From contig OX597827.1 of NCBI GenBank assembly GCA_951406725.2, positions 44,826,001-44,890,000 of the forward strand: a stretch of DNA of 64,000 nt, read 5' to 3'. Under the pieces are notes generated by a model. That model searched no databases and was not told the origin of the DNA. It worked only from the letters and a program-made list of their open reading frames with translations. Position numbers and translations under genes: made by a program. Shown one piece after another: positions 1-14,319 of the stretch (its first letter is position 1; each line of letters begins with the position of its first letter). Origin of the DNA: Octopus vulgaris (taxonomy: Eukaryota).

Positions 1-189
1 TCGATTCTGTACCAACACGCCGAACAAGAACACGGGGGATCAATCAATAACATAGAGATTAAGATATTGTCCACACATAGAACAGATGCAACAATTAGAC
101 AAATTACAGAAGCTACACATATAATAGAAAATAAACCTAGCCTGAATAGAAAACTAGAATGGAGCAATAGCGCACACCACAACATATGA
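1..189 (+). pseudogene. C-terminus of a Penelope-like element GIY-YIG endonuclease ORF (runs in from the left edge)
   Basis: Frame 1 reads SILYQHAEQEHGGSINNIEIKILSTHRTDATIRQITEATHIIENKPSLNRKLEW...NI*. This fits the PLE GIY-YIG tail pattern H-x4-H ... IL ... RQIxEAxxI ... PxLNxKxEW. It is absent from the ORF track because there is no start codon. Confidence 0.75.
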
Positions 190-658
190 CAATAGTGGAT
201 CCTGCAAACACAATAAATACACAGGTAATTAAAGAAATAGAAATGAATATCTATATGTGTATATATGTGTGTATATATGTATATATATGTATATGTATAT
301 GTATGTATATATATATATGTATATGTATATTCTTTTTTTTTTTTTTTCGGTTAGATTTATTATTATTATTACTAATATTGTTGTTATACATACATACAAG
401 CATATGTAATGATAATAATGGGTGGATGTAAACACATGAACAAAATTAGAACAAAAGCAACAACAACAAAAACAAAATACAAATTACAAGAATGTATATA
501 ACCAGAAGATACAAATATTACAGGCATCCCCCCACACACACTAAATAAACATAGACGCACATAGAGATATAAGCATGCGCAAATGAAGACATACAATAGA
601 AATACAAAATGGCTGACGGTTAGTAAGGAGAGACACAAGTAAGTGAGAAGAAAACAAA

Positions 659-703
659 GGACCACTGATGCGGTCACAGGAGTGTGACGAAAGAACTTTG
701 GCC
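659..703 (+). ncRNA. Type I hammerhead ribozyme-like motif (variant core)
   Basis: GGACCA-CTGATGC-G-GTCACA(ggag)TGTGAC-GAAA-GAACT-T-TGGCC: perfect 6-bp stem II, minimal stem III, stem I CCA/TGG, with an A9C deviation. Confidence 0.5.
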
Positions 704-879
704 GAAATAAGATTAAGATTAATGTAAAAAATAAATATCACTGAAGCAAAATAACACCAAATATATAGTGCGTATGTTTTTATTGGCTAAACTGGCAATA
801 TGACCATTCCGAAATATAACAATATCTGTTTCAACACACGACTTCACATAAAAAATCTTGCACAACAAATATTTAAACG

Positions 880-924
<45 letters not shown>

Positions 925-1056
925 CCAGCTGTAGAAATCATGCAAAGCAGACAATGAAACCTAGTGCAGCTCCCAGGCTTGCCCTCTCCATGTCAAATTA
1001 TCCAACACATATCAGCATGGGAAAACAGAAGTTAAATGATAATGATTATCATATAT

Positions 1057-1400
1057 ATAGGAGTGGCTGTGTGACATGTAGCTTGCTTACTACTGCATGA
1101 CACCTTGGGCAAGTGTCTTCTACTATAGCCTCAGACCAACCAAAGCCATGTGAGTGGATTTGGTAGGCAGAAATTGAAAGAAGCTCATCATATATGTGTG
1201 TGTGTGTTTGTGTTTGTGTTTGTCCCACCAACATTATTTGACAACCAATGTTGGTGTGTTTATATCCCCGTAACTTAGCGGTTCGGCAAAAGAGACCAAT
1301 AGGATAAGTACTAGGCTTACAAAATATAACTCCTGGGGTCGATTTGTTTGACTAAAGGTGGTGCTCCAGCATGGCTGCACTCAAATGACTGAAACAAAAG
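1057..1400 (+). mobile_element. tRNA-derived SINE family A (degenerate copy)
   Basis: ggagtggctgtgtg...caccttgggcaagtgtcttctactatagcc...(TG)n...ggtgctccagcatggc...aaatgactgaaac; same family as 34419-34822 and 51141-51515. Confidence 0.8.
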
Positions 1401-1437
1401 AATGAATGAATATAAATATACATGCACATACATATTC

Positions 1438-1637
1438 TACGTGGGTACTGAAAATTTCCTAGCTTTGGGTAAAAGAAAATACTGGAGGATCAGTTATGAT
1501 TTTATTCAACATATTCCCCCCTCAGATTCTCACATTTAATGCAGTGGTCCTTCAGTTTTTCTAACCTCTGTAAAAGAACTCAGAAGGTGGGGCCGCCAAC
1601 CAGGCTTTTCCCAATACTCCCAAAGCCAGCCAGGAAC

Positions 1638-1645
<8 letters not shown>
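1438..1645. mobile_element. Tc1/mariner-type MITE, degenerate copy
   Basis: Homologous throughout to the TA-flanked copy at 17468-17674. Confidence 0.6.
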
Positions 1646-1669
<24 letters not shown>

Positions 1670-2715
1670 CTGTGTATCATTATCTTGGTCATCATCATTA
1701 AATATCTATTTTCAATGCTGACATGAGTTGAACAGTTTGACAACAGCTGGCAAGTCAGAGGACTGTACTATGCACCAGTGTCTGCTTTGGCATGGTTCCT
1801 ACAGCTGGATTCTCATTCTAATGCCAATCACCTTACAGAGTGTGGTGAGTGCTTTTTGCATGGCACCGGCACCAGTGCGTCCCCTTGGAGATTGCAAGGC
1901 AACAACACCTGGACTGGGACTGCGAGTAGTATTGAAGGAGGTGGGTTTGTGCCAGCTGAAGAGAGGTTGGAAGAATAGTAGAGGGACAGAGGTAGCTGTC
2001 TTGCTATAGAACAGATAGGAGGATATTCCAGTTGGGAAAAAAATGGGAGAGAAAAAGAGACTTAAAGAAAAAGATAGAGAGTAAGAGAAATGGAGATATA
2101 TATAGATTTACATGTGTATATATGTATATATATGTATGTATGTATGCATATATGTACATATATATATGTGTGTGTGTGTGTGTATATATATATATGTATA
2201 TATTTACATATATATATGTAAATATGTACATGTATATATGTGTATATATGTACATATATATATATGTGTGTATATATGTACACATATATATATATATATA
2301 TGTGTGTGTATATGTACACATATATATATATGTGTGTATATATGTACATATATATATATGTGTGTATATATGTACATATATATATGTGTGTATATATGTG
2401 TACATATGTACATATATATGTGTGTGTGTATTTTATTTTAGTATTACTATTAGTAGCCATATTCTTTGGCAAAGTGAATTTCAAGCTGCCTGTGTTTGAC
2501 TTCCAAACTTCAATCACAGCCACTGACTAACCTTTCACTGTTAAACCATTCCACCAACTCCCTCGCTTCTTCCTCCCCTCCACCACTTCCCACCGATTGT
2601 AAGCAATTTAGACAGTTTATACAGTACCAACACAGTCATGCATATAGTTACACACATAAGTACAAACACACACACATGTAAATAAATAAATAAATAAATA
2701 AATACATACATATAT

Positions 2716-2787
<72 letters not shown>

Positions 2788-2994
2788 TTTCATGCTTCCC
2801 AAATGAATTAGATAGCTGAAATAGAATGAAATTTTTCTCTTTGCTTTTTGGGTGGAAAAAATTTCTTTTCCAAGTCTGGGTTTTCTTGTTTTGTACATTA
2901 ATATTTTATTTTTTAAAATTTATTCTTATTTATTTATTTATTTATTGTTTCAGTTATTTTGTATCCTCCCTCCCTCTCTCTCTCTCTCCCTCCC

Positions 2995-3065
<71 letters not shown>

Positions 3066-6000
3066 TTCCTCTCTTGTATGTGTGTCTATGTGTCTACATC
3101 CTATACATTGCTGTTTGTAAGCTTCTGTTTCTATATGAATTTGTGTATATCTATCTATCTATCTATCTATTAATCTAGATAGATAGATTACATAAATGCA
3201 TACATACAAATGTACATAGTGATATTTTTGTGTATGTCTCTCAGGTTGTAATGTATGTGTGCATGCAATGCACACAGATGTGCACACTATATGCATATCC
3301 AGCCTGTTTGTTTTGTTTTGTTTTTCTAAAAATATTTCATTTGCAATACTTCCAAAGCTGAGTAAGGCTTTAACAATACATTGGAGATAGATCTTCAAAT
3401 GTCTTTTAAGAACTGGCAGCGGCAATGGCAGCGGCGATGTTGGCGGGGTATACTGTTGAGTTTTCAAGGTGGCAGGGTATGGTTGGGTTGGTGCTGCTGT
3501 AGTGGTTGGGTGGTTGGCACAGATGGTGCTGCTATGGAAGGAGCTGATGTGATGTGATGTGATGTGTGTGTGTGAGAGAGGGCTACAGAAAAAGAGAGGG
3601 TTGACTGTTGCTATTGGGTATGACTGCTGTTTGTTGATGTTCTAGTATTTGATGCTGTGTGTGTATGTGTGTATATGAGTGTATATGCATGTGTGTGTGT
3701 GTGTGTTTGTAGTTGGGGGAAGGGTGTGACGTGATGGGTTTTATTATAACTTTTCTTCCTTATGTTTTTGATTTTGTTTTTTGCCAAATTATTGTCATCA
3801 CGGTGATGATGCAATGAAACTATGATTATCATCATCATCATTGTCTATAAACCATGAAAGGTTTTTGCTCCAGCATGGCCAAGCCATGATAACTGAAACA
3901 AACTAACGAATATCATTATCATCATCAACATTATCTTTGTCATCATTATCATCATCATCATGATTGCATAAGCCGACTTTGTTTATGATAATATCATCTT
4001 AATAGCAGATAATTTACGATGTTGATGATATATTATGTATAAACCAGACTAATTATAATAAAAATAATAAAGATAATATCACAGCGTTATTGATAATATC
4101 GGTATAGTTATGACAGTGAGGATTTTTATACATAATTAATTACAATGATTATATTTGACCATGATGTTACGTCATAACGGTGAATGCTGATACAGTTACT
4201 ATTGTTATTAGTAAGAGGACCAGGGTGGTGGTGGGGAGGAGGAGGATAATTGAAATACTTGATGAAGATTTATCACATATCAAGTATATTTATCACACTG
4301 ATGGTGATGCCATAATTGCTGTGTTTGTGGTGCAAATGAAGTAGCTGCTTTTTATTATTTTTTTTTTTACATCTATGATTATATCAAATTTATGACTTTT
4401 GATGGCTTCATCTCTGTATTTGCGACTTGGCATAATAACTCAGGGATAGCTACCACCTGACAAGGTCGCAATAAGACCAATACATGTCTGGAGTTGTCTC
4501 CTCTTTTTGCAAAAATAATGAAAATAAATAACTAAATATGTTGCATAATTGTTTCTAATTTGCTTTTTCTAATATGCCTTGCAATATTGAATCATCATGG
4601 TGATTGCTTGGATCAGATAGAATTAATTGTGACAGATTTTCTATGGCTAAATGCCCTTTCTGTTGCCAACTTCCACCTGTTTCCAAGCTAGACTTATATT
4701 TCTCCATCACCAGAAATATTTTCAGGGAACATTGGAAATGATTAATACAGCTTGTATAAGGGTAGGTTCTTGTCATGAAGGAACTAGATGGTTACCCATG
4801 TTTATGAGAATAGCCATGTAGTTTCCCTACAACAAGAACCTGTTGTATTCAAACCTCCTCCCTCATGTTTTAGCCCCCATCTAGCTTGCAGATGCAGCAT
4901 CCTCTTGCAATAGGTTTGTTGACTTGTGAGCTACATGGTGACTTCAGTAGTGCTGTTGGCACAAAAAAGCACATCCAGTACACATTGTGAAGTGTTGACG
5001 TTTGGAGGGGCAACCAGCTGTGGGAACAATACCAAAGCAAACACTAGAGCATGATGCAGTCCTTTGACTCATCAGATCCTTGTGAAACCATCCAGCCCAT
5101 ACCATCATGGAACACAGTATGGATTGAATGATGATAATGATAATACCATGGTGGTGGCAAGACAGCAAAGTACAAGAATAGACACACACATGTGACAAGC
5201 CTCTTTCACTTTCCATTCATTAGCGCTATGATATAAGATACTTGTCTAAGATGCCATGCAGTGGAACAGAACCCCCAAAATCATGTAGTTGGGATGCCAA
5301 CTTCTTAACTTCATCACCATGCCAGCATCTTCTACCATAATTCATTTCACACTTAAGATGTCTTATAAGAAATGTTAAAAGTCAAGCACATTATGTGACT
5401 GATACTTAAGGTAACACCCTTTGAAGGATGAACAGCACAGTTGAAAACAGTGGGATTTGAACTTAGAAAGTGAAGTATTCTGGCTGTGGCTGTGTGGTAA
5501 GAAGCTTCTTTCTCAACCTCATGGTTCCAGGCTCCGAAAATATTTTGGCAAATTAAATTTAAATGTTGAAGTGAATCTAAAGGTTTTTGTGAGTTTCTTA
5601 AGTGGCTTATAAACACCTTCCATGCTGCAATTGTTTAAAATAATTTTTTATTCTCCAAAATGAAATGAAGCTAACAGTAATATGGAAAATAATGTTTATT
5701 TTTGTATATCTCAGCTTTATTTATATTTGTAAAGTTTTCTCCTATTTTTTTTATAATTACACAGTCTTTGATCAAATTCTCACTCACTATGACTCCATAA
5801 ACACTTCGAAATTATATTTCCAATCACATAAACCATTTTGAATATTATTTTAACACGTTTAAAGTGGCTTCTTTTGTATCGTAAACCATTTACTATTTCT
5901 GTGGTGCCCACCATCTCCCTTGATGCCCTAAGCATGTTCTTATTTTGCTTTATGGTTAATCCAGTGCTGCCTCTAATAAACAAGGTATGAATACTTGATG

Positions 6001-6760
6001 CCTTCAGAATATCAAATCCTGGCAGCAGCAAACCTGACGAGATGCTCTAAGGTTGAAAGTACAATACTTTGGCAGATCTTTTATGATCTTTGCTGAGCAG
6101 TTGTTATTTTAACCTCAAAAGTAGTTTCCAGACAAATACACTGTAAAATGTGTTTTCTTATTAATATTTAATACCTTTGACTGTACGAAATATTTACATG
6201 TTGTGTAACTTTCTACACGATGCAGTGTAATAATGTTGAACATTACAAAATAATAATCCTCATTATTGCAATCATTCATCACTATTATCTTAATTATCAT
6301 AATCTTCCTCGTTATATCATGAAAATAGTCATTGTTGTCATCTCTATCATCATCATCATCATTATCGTTATCACAGTAATTATCATCATAATATAACCCC
6401 CCACCATTACTAGCACAATAATAACCATAAGAAGAAGAATTTTCCAATGTTGGCACAAGGCCAGCAGTTTTTGAAGGGATGGCTTTAGTCAATTACACCA
6501 ACTCCATAACAATTAAATTCTTCACCGTTTTACTCTTCTCTAGAGAGGGTCTCATCTATTTATTATTCATTTATTTGCTAACATACATACATACATACAC
6601 ACACACATACACATACACACACATAGCGCCACCACCACCTCCACCACACCACCTTGAATTTCTAAGCTTTATTGCTTTTCTCAGCAATATATGGTAATAT
6701 ATAATAATACCACCCAACTTGCTTAACATTAACCAAAACCTATTTTCTTCTCACCTGCTT

Positions 6761-6816
<56 letters not shown>

Positions 6817-7169
6817 CTCTCAGAGCTTGCTGGCTCTATGTAATTTTCAACATCTTTCCTTTTCAAAACTTAATTCCTTTACTCAGTTCAAAAAAAGGTA
6901 AAAGAAAGAAAGAAAAAGTTTTAAAAATTATTTTATTCTCGTCTTCCTTCTTTCCCTTCTCCTCTTGTATCTTATCTGCAATTAAAAAGCTTTTGCTTCT
7001 GTGATTTCATTTCAGGTGTTGGGTGGAAGGGTGGATGCGATTAAGTGATGTGTATGTGTGTGTGTATGTGGTTATATTTGGTTCTATGGATCTGCTGAAA
7101 GTAAAAATGAAATCTGTGTGTGTGTGGATTTTGAGATATGCATGTATGTATGTGAATATGTGTGTATGC

Positions 7170-7207
<38 letters not shown>

Positions 7208-8104
7208 TACAGACACATACTTTCTGTATTCATTGTGTGTGGGTTTGAATGTGACTTGTGTAGGCATTTGTGATTGCACCATCTTAGATGCCATACTTAA
7301 TTTGTTACATTTTAAAGCAGAATTGAACTACATTCAATAAGAATTCTCTGAACAGAGCCAGTACCATCACTACCACCACCACCACCCAAACACTTGTATG
7401 TACATGTGTGGTTGATATATGAATATGTACGCACACACATAATGTATAATACGACGTTGTTACTTCATTATTCTTTTGTTTTAAATTCATCCATGATTTG
7501 TGTGTGTGCGTGTATATACGTGTATGTATAGTGTTTACAGGAAGATATATATTACATGGAGCATTTGTAAAGTTTAAGCTTGGAAACTAATTTGTTAACT
7601 AATTTACAAATAACATAGGTTTTATGTTTGGTAACTTATTCTTTTGGCCACCTTACATATATACATTACATAAACAATTAACGTGTGTATGTACTGTTGC
7701 AATAAGTCTCAAATTGTCATCTTCGTTGCCAAAGATCAGACTTTTTCTCAACTGAATGCCTTCCATTTAAGTTTTAATTCAGATTTAAAAGTTATCTCCC
7801 TTATTTTTATTGGCAGGAATTAATCAATGAAGCAAATGTTTTTGTTTTCATTGTGGATTTACTTTTAATTTATAGAAGCTTTTTCTTTGTGATGTATGCA
7901 TGTGCATATAATCCAAATAAGACAAAGAACAATTGTAATATGTCTTTAATGATCAGCTACAGTTGTTTCTGCACCAGTTCATACAAAAGTGCTGAGTGAA
8001 AATTTACGTAATATATGTGGTTTCGGACATTTGAGTGGAACTTCTTCAGACCTACATCAAAGGTGCTTTCTTACATTGTCTACCAGACTTTTTGTTTTAC
8101 TATC

Positions 8105-8456
8105 ATTACCAGTGTTGCCTTACTGGCACTTGTGCTGGTGGCATGTGAAACAAAACATTCGAGCAAGGTTGTAGCCAGTGCCGCTGGACTGGCTACTGTG
8201 TAGGTGGCACATAAAAAACACCATTTGAACGTGACCGTTGCCAGTACTGCCTGACTGGCCCTCGCGCCAGTGCCACATAAAAGCATCCACTACTCTCTCG
8301 GAGTGGCATCCACTACTCTCTCGGAAGGGCATCCAGCTGTAGAAACTCTGCCAGATCAGATTGGAGCCTGGTGCAGCCATCTGGTTCGCCACTCCTCAGT
8401 CAAATCGTCCAACCCATGCTAGCATGGAAAGCAGACGTTAAATGATGATGATGATG
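8105..8456 (+). mobile_element. RTE 3' UTR-derived element with ~60-bp tandem units and (GAT)n tail
   Basis: ggaagggcatccagctgtagaaactctgcc...aacccatgctagcatggaaagcagacgttaaatgatgatg matches the RTE tail at 53350-53540; near-identical to 37370-37718. Confidence 0.8.
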
Positions 8457-10661
8457 AGAGGAAATAAAAGTAGACAAAAATGAAAATTGCATGTGTGTTT
8501 GTGTTTATATATATATATATATATACGCACACACACAAACATATGTATATACACATACATACATATATAATGCAAATGAGATAAAAGAAATAACTCAGGC
8601 TAATCAGTGTCATGTATACAAGCAATATAGACAAATCCAGGTATATCAAATACTGTATAACATAAATTCTTGGTTTATTAAAATTATCTCCACCTTTAGA
8701 GGATGTGTCATAATAACCAAATTGTAATGGAGAACAGCTTCATATGGAAAGGAGAGATAACCTTAAAAATCAAGAATTCTTCAAGGTTGACATGTCATTC
8801 AAGAAAATGGACAGGCTTATTGTTTAGAGACAAGAGGACAGCCATGGACAACTGTGTTTCTGTCTTAGTAGGCATTGTCAGTGTTACAATTATCCTAAAC
8901 TATTTCCAGCTGGCAAGGGACATAGGGGTATTGTTTGTCTTTTGCTTGTTTCAGTCTCTGGACAGCAGCCATGCTGGGGGATCACTTTGAAGGGTTTGAA
9001 ACAAATAAATCAACCCCTGTATTTGTTTTTTTTTTTCTTTTGTTTTTTTACATATAATATGTATTCTATCGGTCTCTTTTGCAAAAACCACTAAGTTACA
9101 AGGATGTAAACAAACCAACACTGGATGTCAAGCAATGGAGGAGGTGACAAACACAGATGCAAGAACACATAGACATATATGCATGCACACACACACACTC
9201 ACACATTGGGATTGAACCCCAAGCCACATGGCCGCAAAGCAAGCTTCTTACCCATAAGCCATGAAATTATTATTTTTTTTAATACTTCATCCTTACAATC
9301 TACTGTCTTTTAAAAAGTATTTAAAACAACATGGAATGACACAATGGCCATGTCTCTCAAAGAAAAAAGTAGGAGAGTCATGGGTGGATTCCACTCTGTT
9401 CAATCAAAAAATACCTTCTGTTTAATCATGACTGGTGTCTGTCTGCTTTACTTTTCATCTGGCCAAGGTCAATAAAAAAAAAATAAAGGTACCGATAATA
9501 TAGCCATGTCCTTTCAATCAACTGTTCCCTTCCTGTGTAGAATTCTGCATCTTATGTAATCCAAAGAAATCAATAACAATGGTCTTGATTTGTGTATGTG
9601 TGCAGGGGTGGGGTTGGGGTGGAAGGGAATGTATTTGTTTTAAGACTTTGATTATCTTGGAGGCACTTTGATAGGAATGTATGATGTTCATTCTTTCTCT
9701 GTGTTCACTGTGAGTGAACCTATGATTAATGATGATGATGATGATGGCAATGATGATGATGATGATAGTGATGGTGATTTTGATGATGTGAGGAAGAAAG
9801 TTGAAAAGAGGAATCATTGACAGATGTAGAGGTGAAGGTTTTCCTTTGTGTGCGTGTGTGTAAGTGGCTGTGGCAGTGTCCATGGTGGTGGTGGTAGTGG
9901 CAATGGCGGTGGTGGTTGTTGGTGGTAGCAGTGGGGTTAGGGTTATCTAATTGCTATAATTAATGTATTCAGTGAGGTCTGCAAGGTTTCCCAGAATCCA
10001 TGCTGTGAAGAAGATGCTTTAACATTCTTGTGCAAGTAATTTACAGACACATGAACCAATAACACCATCACCATCGTCACCACTACCACCACCACCACCA
10101 CCATCGCCATCATCATCATCAACATTATCAGCACCACTAACACCACTGCCCCTGCCATTGTCACTGGTTCCAGCCCACTTCGCTACCACTGCTTTCTGCT
10201 TTCTCTTAAAGCTTGCAGAGAGAGACAAGCACCAAGGAGATGAAGAATTGGTTTTGCAAGGCAGAGGAAGTAGAGCTGGGGGGTGGGGGTAGGGAAGGGA
10301 AGGAACGAGTAGTGATGGTGGTGGTTGTGGTGGTGGTGGTGGTGATGATATGGAGTAGTCTTTGCGGCAAAGGAAGTTAGAGGAGGTGTGGGGAGAGGAA
10401 GGTTTGTAAAAATGGCATGGGATTCTAGGGATGGTGCAGTGGTGATGATGATGATGATGATCATGATCATGATCATGATCATGGGGGTGGTGGGACAGAA
10501 GCTTCTTAGGTGGAAGTTATGCAGTGTGCTATGGTATTGTATAGTTTGGTTTTGGTTTTGGTTTGGTATCCTATGGCACTGTGTGAGGGAGGTGTGTATG
10601 TGTACTAGGGGGCCTGGTTGCTATTGATGATGGTGAGGAATTCTCATCTAATGCTTCTACT

Positions 10662-10703
<42 letters not shown>

Positions 10704-10930
10704 GTGCAGCAGATTAAACATTGAATTACTCTTCCTACAATATTATTTTATTGTTTTTCTTTTTTTTTTTTGATTTTATTTTGTTTCCTCCCTCCCATCT
10801 TTGTTGTTGCTGCTGCTGCTGCTGGGTGTGGAATTTACATAAAGGTGGTGCTCTCATTTTCTTTATGTTCTTTACCTTGAAAATTATGTAATTTACACAC
10901 ATACTCTCTCCTTCTCTCTCTCCCCCTGTG

Positions 10931-10963
<33 letters not shown>

Positions 10964-11666
10964 ATATACATATGTATATATATGTGTGTGTGTGTGTGTG
11001 TATATATACATATGTATATATATATATGTATGCATGTATGTATATATTTTTTGCATGTGTGTGTATATATATATATATATGTATGTATATATTTTGTGCA
11101 TGTGTGTATTTATATATATATATATATATATACATACACACATGCAATAATACATACACATGCACACAAATGCATGTTCAAAATAAATGTACATTATCCT
11201 TATTTTGATCTTCACTGCTTTGTGTGCCTACACAAAACACACACACACACACACATACATGCTTAGTGTTTGTTGTTATTATTGTAGCTCAGACTTATTA
11301 TAGCCTTCCTTTCTTTACTTTAAATTGTACTGTGTGATCTGAACAAACTTTGGTTGCTATTTGTAAGGGATCGATCTATCAAATGCATGGTGCTTTGTTT
11401 TTCTCATTTCTATGAGGTCCAAGAGAGAGGGGCAAGTGAAGTCCATATTAGTAGGTCACATCACAACCAGCTACTACTGCCATTGCTACTTACTAAATCA
11501 CTGAATTTATTATTAGCTCCCAGCTAAGGCACAAGGTTAATTAGTAAGAAGGACTACTACAAGCCAACCAAATGAGACCTGTGTAATTATGTAGAACCCT
11601 AATATATTATTGTTTATTTTGCCCACCTCTTCTTGTGGATGAAATATCTCCTCTGATAGTCTAAAC

Positions 11667-11799
11667 TACTGTTTCTCAACCTTTTTACCCTTGCGTAACC
11701 CTTAAAATAAATAACATGTCACAAATAACACCTACACAAACACAATTATACACCATATCTTTCTCATATTTTTTCATCATAGTTCACGTGGTAAATATC

Positions 11800-11847
<48 letters not shown>

Positions 11848-12054
11848 GTATGTGTGTGTGTGTGGTTGTTGTATTTTTTTGATAGCATAGTAGGTTAGAT
11901 AGGATGATGTCTGTATTACAATAATATGTTGTGCATATATAGTAATATTGCGATCATGAAATTAGCATTAGCTTATCTTATTCTTTCTTGTGAAACCCTT
12001 AGGAGCCTTTTGGGGAACTCTGGGGTTCCAGGGAAGTCTGGTTGAGAAACGCTG
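11667..12054. mobile_element. hAT-type MITE
   Basis: Terminal inverted repeats (T)ACTGTTTCTCAACC / GGTTGAGAAACGCTG resemble CAGTGTTTCTCAA hAT termini. Confidence 0.6.
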
Positions 12055-12381
12055 AAAGGCATTTAGTTCAAGTTTATGTCATCCTTGTCTAGATCACTTA
12101 TTTTTTAACCCCTTTTCTTACAAAATTTCTGTTTATATACACTTTATCTCCATTTCAGTTCATTTTTAAAATAATAAAGAATTTAGTAAGGCACAGATTT
12201 GGCTGTGTGATAAGAAGTTTGCTTCCCAAACACATGGTTCCGGATTCAGTCCCACTGCATGGCACCTTGGGCAAGTGTCTCCTACTATAGCCTCAGGTCA
12301 ACCAAAGCCTTGTGAATGGATTTGGAAGACAAACTGAAAGAAGCTCATCATATATATAAGGTACCAAACTAAGAAAAGAAA

Positions 12382-13289
12382 TCTACTACATATGTGGGAA
12401 ATTCTGTCTGTGGGTGTGTTGTGGAGTTGTTAGCTAACTTCTCCTACATTGTTTTATCGATTTTGATGAAACTTGGCATGTGAGTAGAACTCATGTCTGG
12501 AAACCTCATGACATACTCAGATTGTTAAGAAAATTGATAATAGGGTGCCTGAAAGGGATCTTTATATATATCTAATATATTTTATTTTAAAAGCCAAGGG
12601 AAATAGCCCATTCGCCCCTGGAACAGATCCTTATATATAGCCAAGGGAAATAACCCATTCATTTTCCTAAATTATTTGGTAAAAATGAAATTGAGTATGC
12701 TTATTTCTTAGTATTTGAACTGTTAGAGTTATTTTCGCAATTTATCCTGTACAACCCTTAAACAAGTAAATAGAATTTTCCTAAACAATAGATCCACTTA
12801 TTTCGGTTTAATATCTAATTCACGAATATACCAACACTAGTGCCCCTGAGGGTAATATTCTCTGGGAATGCACAAAAGTCCTTTTCAGAGTTATTTACTT
12901 TGAATCTTTATTGTCTCATATCTGATTATCCTGTTATTACGTAAGATGCTTCACGAATTTAGCATTACTAGAATTTCATCCTATGTCTTATATACTCTGG
13001 GAATGCATTAAAGCCCTTTTCGGGGCTACTTTATTTGAATTCTTACTATCGGCTAACTAATTTCATGTTATTACATAACTGACTTCACAATTTGGGTATT
13101 CATAACTTATTAGGAATTCCTAAAAGCAAGATCCTGTGTAAGGCAGATCGGTATTCTCTGTAAATGCCCAAAAACCGTTTTAAGGGCTACATACTTTGTA
13201 TTGTTGTTATTAGATTAGCAAAACAATTATGAGAATGGAACCAAGGGATAAGCCTCACTTTCCTGGAAATTACCAGGTATGTCAGCTAG
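12382..13289 (+). mobile_element. Non-autonomous Helitron
   Basis: A|TCTACTACATAT 5' end. The 3' hairpin CCTGG-aaatta-CCAGG lies 8 nt before CTAG|T. Internal atcgattttgatgaaacttggca motif, and three diverged internal repeats (ctctgggaatgca...) at ~12860, ~12995 and ~13155. Confidence 0.7.
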
Positions 13290-13371
13290 TTCCTTCAAAG
13301 GGGTGTGTAAAACATCCAATTCACTGGTACATCAGTTGATTACCATAGAAACAGGGGAGTAATGCAAATTA

Positions 13372-13542
13372 TGAACAATAAATAAAATTGAGGGATTCGG
13401 TTGACAATCTAATAATTTATTTATATTATAATATAACATAATATACTATAAATATAAATTATACTATATTCATAGTGTATTGTTGTAATATAAATAAATT
13501 AATAAATTGTCGATTGAATCTCTTTATTTCATTTATTGTTCA
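13372..13542. repeat. Imperfect AT-rich inverted repeat (~70-bp arms)
   Basis: tgaacaataaataaaattgagggattcggttgacaat... pairs with ...attgtcgattgaatctctttatttcatttattgttca. Confidence 0.75.
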
Positions 13543-14319
13543 AATATATGTGTGTGTGTGTATCTCTGTGTCTGTGTTTGTCAACTACCACTGCTTGACA
13601 ACTGGTGTTGGTTTGTTTACATTCCTATAACTTAGCAGTTTGGCAAAAGGAACTGATGGAATAATTAGCAGGCTTTTAAAAAAAAACTGTTTTGAAGTTG
13701 ATTCATTCCACTAAAACAAAAAATAAAACTCTCTGTGGTGGCACTCCAGCATGGCCGTAATCTAATGATTGAAGTAAGCCAAAGATAAAAGATAAAAATA
13801 CCTTTGTCATTATTCAGCCGGTGCTTTGAACAAAAACAAACATGAAAATTCGATCACTTTCAAACGGGATTTCTTTTGTTTTCTTCTTATCTCTACATTA
13901 CCAAATATATCCATTTTTGTTTTCAAATACAACAGAGGTGTAGTAATCTTTCAGTATAGGGTGTTTAAAAAAATAAATAACGGTTAAAGGGGAAATAATT
14001 AGGTTCTCATACCTAAATGACAGTATGTACACTCACAAAGTAATTGCGCATCAGGGGAACTCTGTTGATCCGACAAATAATGACATTCGTATGCAGAATG
14101 TGGAGAATATGCATGCGGATGCAGGTAAAAAGTAAATTACCACGTCAATTTGGAACATCAAACAATTTATTCATTTCATATTTACACGAGTTTATATGGA
14201 GGAATTCTGTACCAAAGAAAAATACTTTTGTTCTCTTTTTGTTGGCTATAACCAATGTCTACATTACGTTTTTGGATTTGGTTTGCAAGATTCTTTATGT
14301 GAGTTCGTGTGTTGATGCG

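Larger units (their letters stand above)
1..880 (+). mobile_element. Penelope-like retroelement 3' end (ORF tail plus 3' UTR/pLTR) ending in (TA)n
   Basis: GIY-YIG tail at 1-189, hammerhead-like motif at 659-703, and unique sequence ending at a (TA)n tract near 880. Confidence 0.6.

Noticed and set aside
2004-3180. Many overlapping ORFs rich in Y/I/C/V/H/T (also at 10.8k, 36.3k, 38.3k, 39.4k and 63k)
   Set aside because: Translations of (TA)n/(TG)n/(CA)n microsatellites, which lack stop codons.
6034-6075. CTGACGA...GAAAGTACAATACT hammerhead-like string
   Set aside because: Stem I and stem II do not pair convincingly.
8850-8890. Minus-strand CTGACAA-TGCC...GACA-GAAAC motif (similar weak ones at ~48680-48705 and ~48790-48815)
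   Set aside because: Core and stems are too degenerate to call.
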